A program made the position numbers and the translations under genes. A DNA stretch of 64,000 nt from Stegostoma tigrinum (taxonomy: Eukaryota): contig NC_081385.1 in NCBI RefSeq assembly GCF_030684315.1, positions 24,457,247 through 24,521,246 of the forward strand, written 5' to 3'. Positions 36,396 through 49,147 of this stretch are shown here, in pieces. The stretch's first letter is position 1. Every line of letters starts with the position of its first letter. The notes beneath the pieces were generated by a model. The model ran no database searches, was not told the origin of the DNA, and was given only the letters and a program-made list of their open reading frames with translations.

Positions 36396-37155
36396 TAATA
36401 AAATGTGAGGCTGGATGAACACAGCAGGCCAAGCAGCATCTCAGGAGCACAAAAGCTGACGTTTCGGGCCTAGACCCTTCATCAGAGAGGGGGATGGGGG
36501 GAGGGAACTGGAATAAATAGGGAGAGAGGGGGAGGCGGACCGAAGATGGAGAGTAAAGAAGATAGGTGGAGAGGGTGTAGGTGGGGAGGTAGGGAGGGGA
36601 TAGGTCAGTCCAGGGAAGACGGACAGGTCAAGGAGGTGGGATGAGGTTAGTAGGTAGCTGGGGGTGCGGCTTGGGGTGGGAGGAAGGGATGGGTGAGAGG
36701 AAGAACCGGTTAGGGAGGCAGAGACAGGTTGGACTGGTTTTGGGATGCAGTGGGTAGAGGGGAAGAGCTGGGCTGGTTGTGTGGTGCAGTGGGGGGAGGG
36801 GATGAACTGGGCTGGTTGAGGGATGCAGTGGGGGAAGGGGAGATTTTGAAACTGGTGAAGTCCACATTGATACCATATGGCTGCAGGGTTCCCAGGCGGA
36901 ATATGAGTTGCTGTTCCTGCAACCTTCGGGTGGCATCATTGTGGCAGTGCAGGAGGCCCATGATGGACATGTCATCAAGAGAATGGGAGGGGGAGTGGAA
37001 ATGGTTCATCAAGAGAATGGGAGGGGGAGTGGAAATGGGTCTAGGCCCGAAACGTCAGCTTTTGTGCTCCTGAGATGCTGCTTGGCCTGCTGTGTTCATC
37101 CAGCCTCACATTTTATTATCTTGGAATCTCCAGCATCTGCAGTTCCCATTATCTC
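36396..37155 (-). mobile_element. Young Penelope-like element: GIY-YIG C-terminus, inverted pseudo-LTRs, 15-bp TSD
   Basis: HFHSPSHSLDDMSIMGLLHC...RRLQEQQLIFRLGTLQPYGINVDF; perfect inverted arms at about 36394-36477 and 37037-37120; taacacataccttga at 36381-36395 and 37156-37170. Confidence 0.93.
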
Positions 37156-38559
37156 TAACACATACCTTGAGGTACTTTTATCTTACTGTTGTTATTCTCG
37201 TTTCATGTGATGTTACTATATTAACTTTGGAGCAGTTTTCTGCCTTTTATATTTGATTTTTCATGAACTAGTTTCTCCACTTCCTCATGAGACTAAATGG
37301 GAATTGCTAAGTGTTTACATTGCTTAGTTTCATGTTACGCAGAAAAAAAGAACAATGATCACGCCCCACTAATATTTGATTCAGAAGAACAGTTTCTTAT
37401 CAGCAGAAACACAACTGAGTGAGCAAGGTCTTCAGGCTGGAAAGGATTTGATAACTTTCACAGTAGTTCACTAGAAAAGACCCCAGGGTTGGAACTTGCA
37501 CAGGCCCTGAATCGTGTGGGCTTTGATGAGAAATGTGGAAAAAAGTACAAAGCCAAGTGTGACCTTTCTTGATATTGAGAGCTGCAAGTCATATTATACA
37601 TCCAACTTGCAGATGTTGAGTCAAGATTCTCACTAGCGAGCAGCAAGAGGCTTTTTGACTAGATTTATCAGTCATTATTATTTATTAATACTGTTCTATT
37701 TATTAATACCATTCTAAGACCTGCCAAATAGAGGCAAGTGGCCAAGAAGACACCATATAAAGGTCAGGGCATGTACCTGATGACTCCAGCTCACCGCTTG
37801 CACTTCTGGGCCCATTTTGGGCATCCAGTACCAACATCTCAGGGCATGGTCCATGGGCAAGAGCCGCATACAATCCATGGACAATGCTACCTGTCATATG
37901 CTAACCTCTCTACACCATCTTGGCACATCTTCAATCCACTTAACAGTACACTTCAACACTGCACTTTGCAGCACATCGGTAACTATAATTGGAATGCATG
38001 CTGCAAAGACACTTAGCTCCTGTGATGGTGCTTGGCCTGCTGTATTCAACCAGCTATACACCTTGTTAACTTAGTGGGGACAGGCACCATCTCACAGACT
38101 GGACCAGCCTGCTTCTCACTGCTGTTCACTTCCTTTCCTAGCTCTCACTCACTTAGCATTGACCCAAATGCTCTCAGCATTCCTGCCTTACCCGTTAGTG
38201 CAGTGCCTCCTAAGCTAGGGTTTTCAGGGGTACAATACTTCTGCCATAACTTGCCTTTTTGCACATAATCAGGAAACTTGTCTGTGCAACCAGTAATCAT
38301 CAATCAAAGAGATGGACATATTTGCTGTACAGCACCATGCTGTGTTAATCTCCCAATGGCACAATGTGCCAGCAGCAAACACATCGCATGCACTACAACA
38401 AATAGACATGTATCAAAATCTAAGTGGAGTTATCCTCAGTTAAGACAAGAGAAGACTCCCTCAGTAAGATGGTCCTGGCACAATAAGTCACCGGAAACCT
38501 TCAGCATCCGTGCAGAACTTGGACAGGCTCATTCACCCGGTCAGGGTTGGGACCTATCC

Positions 38560-39110
38560 TCGCAGGAATCATATGTGAGGCACTTACCATACATTTTGCA
38601 TCTTTCTAACCTATTGTGGGTTGTCTTCTGCTAGAATGAGAGAATGGGAGAGATTGAGTGAGGTGAAAGTGGGGTGTAACAGTTGTTAGTGCTGGAGCAG
38701 GTCAGGCAAATTTTCTGAGTTGTCCTGAGTGGGTAGGCAGTGCTGAGGTCACAATGGGGTCACAGCTGTCGGACTTGTGTGGGTCACAGAAGATGTTACA
38801 TGCAATAGTTCAGTGATTTATCATGAGCACTAACAGAGATAGAGTAGGAGGTAGTAGAGAAAAGACAGAAGCACTTACCCTGGAGAAGCAGACAAGGTCA
38901 TTGTCCTTCTTTCTATACTATCGTGTGTTTCTACAGATGGCTGAGACCACAACTCAGCCCAGGTGGCAACCTTGCACCAGCCTGGCAGAATCTGGAATCT
39001 CAGCCTCTTCTGTCAGTTCTGTGGGAAAGGAAGCTCCTCTTTCACACCACTTCATCCACCAGAACCTCCAGGTTCTTGTCCTCAAAGCGGGGGCAGCAAA
39101 TTCACAGCAT
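38560..39110 (-). mobile_element. PIF/Harbinger transposon relic: decayed two-exon Myb/SANT-like (trihelix) ORF
   Basis: Minus strand reads PRFEDKNLEVLVDEVV*KR...RKKDNDL..SR|gtaagt, then after an intron KTTHNRLERCK. This matches the Harbinger Myb-like pattern PRFxxxxLExL...CRKKxNDL...HNxRER. Confidence 0.65.
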
Positions 39111-39982
39111 CTGTCATGTCCAAGAAAAGTGCAGCAAACTATTCAGGGCAGCTCCAGACTGGCAGTGCATGACTGGATGCACAACAGCTCTTTGAACATG
39201 ACACTGGGACCAAAGATTCTGGCATATCTTGCCAGTGGCAAGTACCTCAGGTTAGGTGAATGGGAGAATTGGGGTAGGATCCAACAAAAAGGCACGCTGA
39301 GTAATTTATGATGTAGTTTGGGATGATAGAGTGAGAAAATTCACTAGGCCTTGCGAAGAGAACCCCAGTACGGAACTCAACAAAATTTGCCAAAATATGA
39401 TTTGATTAAAATTCCTTTAAGATTCAGTGGCAAGTGTCAGTGCTTTAGACTGGAGCAAATGCTTTTATGATTATGTTCAGTGACTGACCACCACGGTAAC
39501 CACAATGCAACAAAAAACCCCTCATGACTCATGAAGCCAGATTTCATTCTGGGATCTCTATTCTCCAGTATTGCAAAGTGCTGATTGACTTTAGATGTTT
39601 TAGCAGGTCAGAAACAAAGCCAGAAAATGCAACAGCAACTCTCAAACCCCAAAATAAAGTAGCTTCTGCTGAAGCAAATGGAAGGCCTACCCTTCACAAA
39701 CATAGCCAACACTCGAAAGACAAGGCACATAGAATCTTCAGCATTTTTCGAAACCAGAAACGTCTTTTTGCTTGCAATCTGAATGACTTTTACACATTTT
39801 ATTCTTTCTATCATTATTTCAAGAATTATTTATTTTGTAAAATAAGTAATAAACACATCGACATGTTAGAATTCAACAGAGTTAATCACAAAAAAGCATC
39901 CTGATAAATTAATAACAGAAAATGTGCACAATAATGCACAAAATAAGAAGTCCTATATTACATAGAACAGTTTCAATAAGGT

Positions 39983-40280
39983 CATAGAGTCAGAGTTGTA
40001 CAGCATAGAAATAGCTCCTTCAGTCCAACTCATTCATGCTGAACAGGTATCTAAATTAATCTAGTCCTATTTGCCAGCATTTGGCCCCTATTCCTCTAAA
40101 CCTACCCTATTCATATATCCATCCAAATGTGATTTAAATGTTGTCATTGTACCAGCCTCTACCACTTCCTCTGGCAGCTCAATTCCACATACGCACAAGC
40201 TTCTGCATGAAAATGTTGCCCCTTAGATCCCTTTTAAGACTTTCCCCTCTCACCTTAAACCTATGTCCTCTAGTTTTGGA
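39983..40280 (-). mobile_element. CR1 3' end
   Basis: gtcatagagtc...tacagc tail; ttttaaatgttgt...accacttcctctggcagctc CR1 3' motif. Confidence 0.85.
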
Positions 40281-43200
40281 TTTAGACTAAAATACCACAC
40301 CCTCTGATGTACGGCATTGAAGACTGATTGAATGAGAGTAACCAACAAGATGCCTCTGTTTTTTCCACTCAGATCAGCTCATCTTTGATTAGATGTTGCA
40401 ATCCATTTCTTCACATTTATTTCCAGTTTATAATGTAGTGTGTATAAATAATATTGAAACTACTATTTTAAAACTATATGTCATTGAACAGAAGTGAATG
40501 ACAAAGCAATTGTATTGCAGAACAGTGATCCAGAAGCCATATGTGAAACTCAGATTCCTCAACACTTCAAACATCACAGTTCAACAGTTACTTGTAAAAT
40601 GACATGATCAGCTATTTCCATCAGAGAATGTGTAGCAGACATACTCAGGTGAACAGCAAACAACCGGCAGTTGAATACTTCAATGTAATACTCTTCCAAA
40701 TAAAAGTACGATTCAAGGAAGTAATTTTATTATTTTCTGCACAGATACTGCCAGACCCGCCTGTTTTTTCCAGCCCTTCCTGTTCTCATTTCAGATCTTC
40801 AGCATGCACACGATTTTACTTCTGCATCACTATTAGAATTAGATTTGCTGACAGTAACCACTAATTGTTGGTGAATATGAATGCCAACAACATTTTTGTA
40901 AGCTTGTTTTTTGTGGAATGTGGACATCACTATCTGACCAGCATTTATTGCCCATTCCTCGTTGCTCTTCAGGTGATGGCGAGCTGCCTTCTTAAACTGC
41001 TGCAGTCTACTTACTCACCACCACATTCTCAACTGGGGGTGGGCAATAAATTCTCACCAGCCACCAAGTAACTGGCACTTAATCAGACAAGAAATTTGGT
41101 AAATGAGGTTTTTTCGAGCGCTTATTTGCACCATCCACTGTTACAACAGGCTGCAGAGGGAGTGAGAATTAAGTACAACATCAAATACACACAAACATAT
41201 AGACATAAAGTTTACAAAAGAGAATCTAGTATCATAGGATGATTTAAAATATGCAGTTTATAAAATTCTTAGCATCTTTGAGTTGTTATAATTAAACCGG
41301 AGGGTAGGTTGTTTAATTGATGTCTCGTGTCCTCAACAAGAGTGAAATTTGTAGAATTCTTGAGTTCTCAGTGAATTTCTCCAATTTGCTTTAACTCTAG
41401 TGCTGGCCTTCGAGATGGTGAAAGGAAAACAGGGAAAAGCAGAATCTTCAAAACCTTGCTGTTATCAACTCATTTCCTTTTTCTCTGCTGATCTGCCAAA
41501 CAGCTACTGGATTAAGGTTCATTTGTATATTCCTACTCAGGCTTCATTGACTTTCTAAGCTGGATAGTTTCAGGAAATCCTTTTGTGTTCAATGTGTGCT
41601 ACTTCTCAAACAAATGCCGTTAAAACAGTAGATGTGAGTTTCTTGATGCCTGACTCAGTTAATTGATTTCAATGCCTTTGGACAGAAGAGTAGTTTCAGT
41701 TGAAATTATTTAATTTATTCCATATTGATCTCATGAATCTGCCTCAGTCACAACAACTTCACATCCATGTCTTTTCCTCGTTAAAACCATCACAGTCTCT
41801 GAAAATTTCAGGTATTAAAATCATGTGAAGTTGAAAACTGACGGTCCTTATTCTACTGCTATTGAGACACCATTAAATAAACAATATAAATTAATAGTTT
41901 TATCCATTGTGTTTCCTTGTTGCTTCCTCCAATTGACTTCACTCACTTACACCAGTTTTCTGCTTGTTTTGGGATCTGAGTTGGATTCAGGCCTTTGTGA
42001 CCACGTTCATTTTATTTTTGTACTGATGCTTTCTCCAATTCTGAAATCTGATCACTATTTATAGAAGGTAGTGCCTGTCTGCTCGAAATTGGACTACTGA
42101 TAATCATTTGATAGCACAGAACCTGAAACTGTTGTAAAGTGACATGCTTGATCAAAGTCTTTCAATCTGCACTCGGCAGGACATTGACAAAATACCAATG
42201 TAAAGGGGATATTTCTATACTGTTGGGAGCAACATGCTGATTGTCTGGTAAGTGGATTCTGAGTGAGAAAGGTGTTACTATGAAATATATCCAATTAGAT
42301 AATGAATGACAGCTACCTACCAAGAATTCTTTAAAATTAAAACAGCTAGATTGTGTTGTCCTGCAGACAGAATCAGAGAATGACACTATGTTTCGTGCTG
42401 TGCAAGCATAGACTGGTTGGGTACAGTCGGTAACTTTTCCATTGCAAATAGATGAGCTGGAATGTTCTTTGATATGACCTTCCAGACACAATGATGTACA
42501 GACTAGCATCACACCAGCTCTACAATCCGTGCACCATATCAAGGATATGTGCAACAAGCAGACGTTCCTTTTGGTTTGACAGCAACATCCCATTCATGAT
42601 TCTCATTACATTGTTATTCTTGTAAATGTCATGCTGACTGCAAGACAAAAAGCTTTAAAAAATAATTTCAAACAATGCTAAAACTATTAATGTTACCAAT
42701 CCTGAGACTTGTTAAAAATTTTGATCATGTTCTGTAAATGAAAGGACATTACAAACAATATTTTTCAGCGGCTTTTTCACTGCCTTTACATAAAAAGTTG
42801 CAAATTAGATAACTCTTTAACCTCCTTTTAACCAACTAACTGTCAAAAGGGCAGACGGTGGTGTCAAAGGGGAAACTAAAGGAAAAAAAAATCATCAATT
42901 TCTCATTACACTACAGACTGGCATTCATGTAAAGAAAAATACAATTATATAATGCTTTTCAAAATTATAGGCTGTCCACACTTTATTGCCCGTTATTTTT
43001 GAAATGGAAGGAAAGATATAAGACAGGGCATCATTTCAAATTACTTCAAATAAATAGTCAGACAAAAATCATATTAAAAAAATGAAAAAAAATTTGCTGT
43101 TCACGTTGCTGAAGCAAGTTGAACAAATGCACAGAACCATCACAATTGTCAACTCACAATATTGAGGGTATATACAACAAAACATTACGTTAAATAGCTA

Positions 43201-45509
43201 GGATAATGGATCTTTCCGAATAAAGTCTATTATATCCACTAATGTTTATGCGCATGGCACCGAAACATGGCAGTCGATCGCAGAAATGACATTGTTGTTT
43301 CTTACTTGTCCTTTTTATTTCCTTATGTTGTGCCCCAATCATAAATTGAAACAATGTCTTGGTCAATTGTACTTTGAATGAGGCAACTGTTGCTGTCTTA
43401 AAATGGAAAACTGTAAAATAACACAGCAAATGGAAGTAGCCAAAATATTGAATCTGAAATAAAAAGAATAAAGATTAAAAATGTATGTTGTTGTTATATG
43501 CCAGCAGCAACAGCAGAGAAAGAAACAAAGCTATCATTTCCATTCAATGACTGTTTGGCAGAACGATTCAGATGGAAGGTCGCTGGCCTGAACTACCAAC
43601 TCTCTTTCCCGCTCCACATATACTGTCTGACCAGATACAGCCTTAGTGAGATCATGAGGGTAATATTTGGGAGTCATGAAAAACTTTTGATCTGTCCAAA
43701 ATTTTGGTTTTAATAATCTAAACGTTCCACCTATTCTTCCATCTCTTAAGAACCAGCCTTTGCTTAAGTATTCGTATGCTAGTGTTGTGGCTTCAAACTG
43801 AATAACTACGTGGGCACTCAATTGCACATATTTCTTGTTAAAAAAAGTCTATGTGGTTGGCTTTCTCACCTGCTTTGAAAAGACATCCATTGGAGGTAGA
43901 TCTTGTCTGGGCTGCTATTGTAATAAAGAGAATTTTGAGACAGAATTAAATTTCATAATTTTATTTGAATTGGTAAAGTAACAATTCAGACTTTATAAGG
44001 GAACCCTTAAAATAAAGCACAATATTGACATGGATGTAACAATTTAGAAAACCACATTAAGAACCAATTCTACACAGCCCAAAATAAATTGTTCCAAATT
44101 GTATTCCATTTAATTCACGGAAGAAACAATGTCAATAGTAAACACACTCTGGAAAAAAAATCTTTACAAGCTAGGGGAAATTAAGGAACCCTGGAGACAG
44201 CTCCGAGTGTAAATCCAATTTTACAATCCCCAGCTTGCGGTTGTGGATCTTTCAACCACAGGCAGATTCACCTTGAGATTTTACTCGTGGGTTCAGAATA
44301 TAACATCCGAATAAGCATTTTATCTGAAGCGTGCACTAGCTAATAGCTTAAAACAGTGCTCTGGCTTCTCGTGAGGCAAGGCTTGCTAATTATAGCATAT
44401 GTGCTGTGCAATTATAATTTAAATTAAAGCAAGTGATTGCAGGAACCTCATGTTTGAAACTCTAATCTCTTGCTTGCTTTCACCAATGATTTTGAATAAA
44501 AGGGAGGTCGGCAGAAACACTGGCCCTGCATGCATTTTCCCAAAATGTACATTAACTAATTCTCTTCCCTTCTCAATAAATTGAAATACAGCCACCACAC
44601 ATTGATTTTTCTCTCACTGTTGTCTGACGGGCAGAATGTGTGTAAATAAATACTTGTACATCAGTATTTATAGTCATTTTGCACAGTGCACACACAAAGA
44701 TCCACAGCAAATCTATAGAAATTCATGAGAAGATTCTTGATCGTTACTCTGTGGATGAACCATGTTTGTGTCAGGAATGCAATCTCAAGCACACATTGCA
44801 TGTTCATGACCTTAGGATAGTATGCATCACGTAAGTTCCTTTGGATAGTCCATGCCAGTGATTCCTCTCAGCCAGTCTCTGAGCGTTGATCTGCTTTGGC
44901 AGTCAAATTGCAGCAATAGAAACAAAGCGTGCTAAACTAGACAATGCTGTTTGCATTTGACTTAAGAATAAGGATTTGTTTTTTCTTAATACAGATGTTG
45001 ATTCTGAAACTAAAACTATACACACCTATTGTAAGAATTTAATCAAAAGGATGGAAAAACAGGTTTAGTTTCAATAGAATGCTTCCAGAGTGCAAACCTT
45101 TTCAATTTGATAACATAAAGCCTGCTAAATCACTTTGCTGCAATCTGGAGATGTCTTCGTAAAACTTACTTTCCTGGGGTTTAACTTGTCATTACATGTT
45201 CAACTGCAAATTGACCCTGTAGTTTTTAGGAATTCTTCCTTTCATTTGTTTGGTTTGAAGGTAAAACCAATAGTCATCAGTTGCAACCAAAATACTGGAG
45301 AACTCAGCAGTGCATTTTTTTAAAAGCACAATCTCATTCAAGTTAATCAACACAAAATTTACAGGGTATGTCTTTCAGTTTAGCGTATTGCATTTTCTGT
45401 TAGCAATATGGTCTCCTGATTTTTGGGGAGATCGAATGCAGACTGGGGACTGTTTAGCAGAATATTTACATTCAAAGCCTATTCCTAAAAGAAAGCAACA
45501 ACACCTTTT

Positions 45510-45727
45510 GTGGGATAGTAGGAACTGCGGATGCTGGAGAATCTGAGGTAACATGGCACGCCAAGCAGCATCAGAGGAGCAGGAAAGCTGATGTTTCAGA
45601 TGTGGACTCTTCTTTAGAAAATGGCAGAAAATTTCTGAAGGGTCCAGACCTGAAACATCGGCTTTCCTGCTCCTCTGATGCTGCTTGGCCTGCTGTGTTC
45701 ATCCAGCTCCACAGCTTGTTGTCTCAG
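45510..45727. mobile_element. Penelope-like pseudo-LTR hairpin fragment (similar at 7660-7770 and 47673-47820)
   Basis: ccaagcagcatcagaggagcaggaaagc and its reverse complement gctttcctgctcctctgatgctgcttgg. Confidence 0.8.
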
Positions 45728-46849
45728 CACTTTCTGAGGGCTTTCTTTTTAAGAAAATGCTTGTTTTGAAATTTCTGATCGAACCCAAATTACCCTTGGT
45801 ATGTTTACTTGGGGGCTAACTATTAATTTTATTATTATTTTGATTCAGATTGAGGAAAGAAAGAAATTGCAAAAATCAGACAAACGGTAGTTGAACTTGC
45901 ATCAGCATTGCTAAATTTTTATTCAAACAACCCTAAGCTGTAAGTAGGTAAGAAACTACTTGTCAATGCATACTAAGTTTTCAAATAAATAGTTGAACTG
46001 GTCCTCTACTGTCAATTTTAAAAGAATTGAACTCTAATCATGGAAGCCAAAACTGTGCTGTTTCCTTAATTATTTAATTCCTTCAACTCCCTTCCAGATA
46101 CCATCAAACAACCAGTTCAGTTGCCATTATGACACTTCTGTGAAGCAAATGGGACTTGAAGCCAAGCCTTCTGGATCAGAGGTAAAACACTGCCTATGCA
46201 CCGCAAGAGCCAGCCAAGCCCCTTTCATACTGTTTTGATAAAACTCTATTGATGCTTGCGGAGCAGCACTTCATCTGTCAGTGAGGTACGTCTGGGTAAT
46301 TGCAGAAAGAACCTAGCCGTTTCTCCACTTTTTAAGGCAACAGTTTTTAGCAATGCTTCTGTCATTTCTAATTACACACACTCTAGACCGATCTTTTGTT
46401 TCTATAATTGTACCCATGAGCAAACCTTTGTGTTACAATGACATCCCTTTCATCATTTAATTTCTTCTGCCTTCCACCTTATTGCAGACCTTCATTTTTA
46501 TCCTTTCCTTTCGCTGTACCTCTCCACTAAACCTGTTACACACCTGGCATTTTCTTCTGTTCTGATGAAAAATTATCATCCTAAAAGTCTTTGTTTCTCT
46601 CCTCAGAGCTGCTATCTGAACCACCGAGCACTTACAATTTTCCTGCTTTCATGTTAGCAAGTTACTTGCAATTATTGAAGTTCCTGAGAGAAACAAATCT
46701 TGTCACAAAAACAAGTTTAACCTCTGAAAGCTGAAAGAAAGGAAAAGTCATGAAACCTTGCTTATTTGATGGTTTCTCCTTTCAAAAGTGAAGAGAGGCA
46801 AACATCGCCTCAAACTATTTGTAAATTGGGATTGTGAGGTAAGAATAAA

Positions 46850-47395
46850 CCATATTTGGAGTGCTGTGTGTAATTCTGGTTGCCCTACTATTGGAAGGAT
46901 GTTATTGAACTGGAAAGGGTTCAAAAAAATTACAAGGAATTTTACCAGGGCTGGAAGGTTTCAGTTATAACGAGAGGCTGAATAGGCCAGGACTTTTTTC
47001 TATGGAGGGTAGGAGGCTGAGGCTTGATCTTGTAGAGGATTATAAAATCATGAGGGGCACAGATAAGGTGAATAGCTTTTTTGTTCCCCCAGGATAGAGG
47101 GAGTCCAAAACTAGAGGGCAAATGTTTAAGGTAAGGGGCAAGATTTGAAAGGACTTGAGGGGCAAATTTTTGACACAGAGGGCAGTGCGTACACGGGATA
47201 AGCTACCAGAGGAAGTGTTAGGGGCAGGTACAATTACAAGATTTAAAAGAGTTTTCGGCAGGTACATGGATAGGAAAGGTTTAGAGGGAAACGGGCCAAA
47301 CACAAGCAAGGGGACCAGTTCAGTTTATGAAACCTGGTCAACATGGAAAAGTTGGGCCAAAGGGCCTGTTTCTGTGCTGTATGACTCTATGACAA
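46850..47395 (+). mobile_element. CR1 LINE 3' fragment
   Basis: LRGKFLTQRAVRTRDKLPEEV...FKRVFGRYMDRKGLEG, with tail gctgtatgactctatgac. Confidence 0.88.
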
Positions 47396-48720
47396 AATAA
47401 GAACTGACCACTCCAGTGCTTAAGCAACTTGTGCTTTGTATCAAAAACATCACAGAAAACGTGGTAAAATAGAACAATTAGTTACACATTTTTTCATGAA
47501 CAGATGCTTACGAAAGAAATTGCTGACAGTTTCATGTGAAACAAAGCTCTTTAGTCACATCAATTTTTTGTGAGGGTGAGAGAACTTCCATTTTCTGCAA
47601 AACAAATTGAGCTGATACATGGGAGAAGGAGACACCTACCAGGCAGTTTAAAGAAATCACAAAGTGTTTTCTGAAATAACAAAGTGTGGAGCTGGAGGAA
47701 TGCAACAAGCCAAGCAGCATCAGGGGAGCAGGAACGTTGATGTTTCGGGTCATGACCCTTCTTCCTCCAGCTCCCCACTTTGTTATCTCTGACTCCAGCA
47801 TCTGCAGTTCTCGCTATCTTTTAAGTGTTTTCTCAAAATGTTTTTATGGAATGTGAACACTGTGGTGAGGCCAACATTTATTGCCTGTCCCAACAGGCTT
47901 AGAGAAGGTGGTGGTGAGCTGTCTTCTTGAATCATTGCAGATGTTGGAGCGTACAGTTGCTCGCAATACTGTTAGAAAGGGAATTTCAGGATTTTGACCT
48001 GGTGACAGCAAAGGAATGGTGACATAGTTTGAAATCAGGATGGTGAGTTGAGTGGAGGGCAACTTGCAGAGGTATAACAAAAAGTGCTTGAAAGTGATAG
48101 AAAATTCAGCACAAACAACTCTGATGCTAGTTATATTTATTCTCATTTTACGTTTTGGTTGTTAGCCTTCATTCAAACTTTTGTATGTTTTTCTAGGGTT
48201 TACCTGATTTCCCCCTTAAATGTAACATTTAATTACACCTTAGTATGTATTTATAATAATACATTCCATTTCCTAAATACCTCTCTGTGTCATAAACTGT
48301 CATGGTCATCATTTTGTTCATGTTAAAATGTGAACGTATTATCCACAAACTCTAGAAAATGCTCCTTCACCAAAGACAGTCTAATCTTGTCTTGCTCAAA
48401 ATTTAGTTAAAGTCTCTACTGTGATGTAATTTACTGCAAAAGACTGTTTAAGAACCGTTTTGTACAGGGTACATTGTAGTTACATTGCAGTAGTCAAATT
48501 CTTAGCAAAATTAAACCAAAGTTACATTCAAAAGCTTTTTGAAGTACATTTATTAATACCTGTGCATCCAAAACAATTGGCTTAATTTACAGTCCCCTCG
48601 AAGGAATGCAAACAAGCATATAAACTTCCAATTATGATTGATTCAGCCAGGGATATGGTCAAACATTTGTCAGGAGAGTGTTGACTTCTACTGCAATGTT
48701 TTTAAAACTAGCGCAGAAGA

Positions 48721-48931
48721 TCACATAAACTTAATAATCGAAAAGCATTCCCTAGTAGTTCCATTTGCTATGCTGAATTTCAGGTGAATTGTGCTGAATA
48801 CAGGAACACATCTAAGTAAAAATTTTGGGCACCAGTGTAAGAATGAAATCAGAAAGTAAAGGCTCAGTATGAAGCTGACAATGACCAAAGAACCTGCCTT
48901 TGTACAAATCATGTACAATTGGATAAATGAA
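48721..48931 (-). CDS. IgSF gene B, candidate TM/terminal exon SFIQLYMICTKAGSLVIVSFILSLYFLISFLHWCPKF...
   Basis: ccctttttgcaacag| acceptor, about 25-residue hydrophobic stretch containing a Lys, open to TGA at 48721. The phase-2 start does not match the best V-exon donor. Confidence 0.5.
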
Positions 48932-48957
48932 CTGTTGCAAAAAGGGATAGCAAAGGA

Positions 48958-49147
48958 AGATGTGGAGACTGGTACAACCACAACATTTAAAAGGCATCTG
49001 GATGGGTTGATGAATAGGAAGGGTTTAGAGGGAAATGGGTCAAATGCTGGCAAATGGGACTAGATTAATTTAGGATATCTGATCAGCATTGATGAGTTGG
49101 ACTGAAGGGTCTGCTTCTGTGCTGTACAGCTCTATGACTCCATGACT
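48958..49147 (+). mobile_element. CR1 3' end
   Basis: TTTTFKRHLDGLMNRKGLEG and tail gctgtacagctctatgactccatgac. Confidence 0.85.

Noticed and set aside
38823-39311. 162-aa plus-strand ORF
   Set aside because: Antisense to the Harbinger Myb-like relic; no recognisable motifs.
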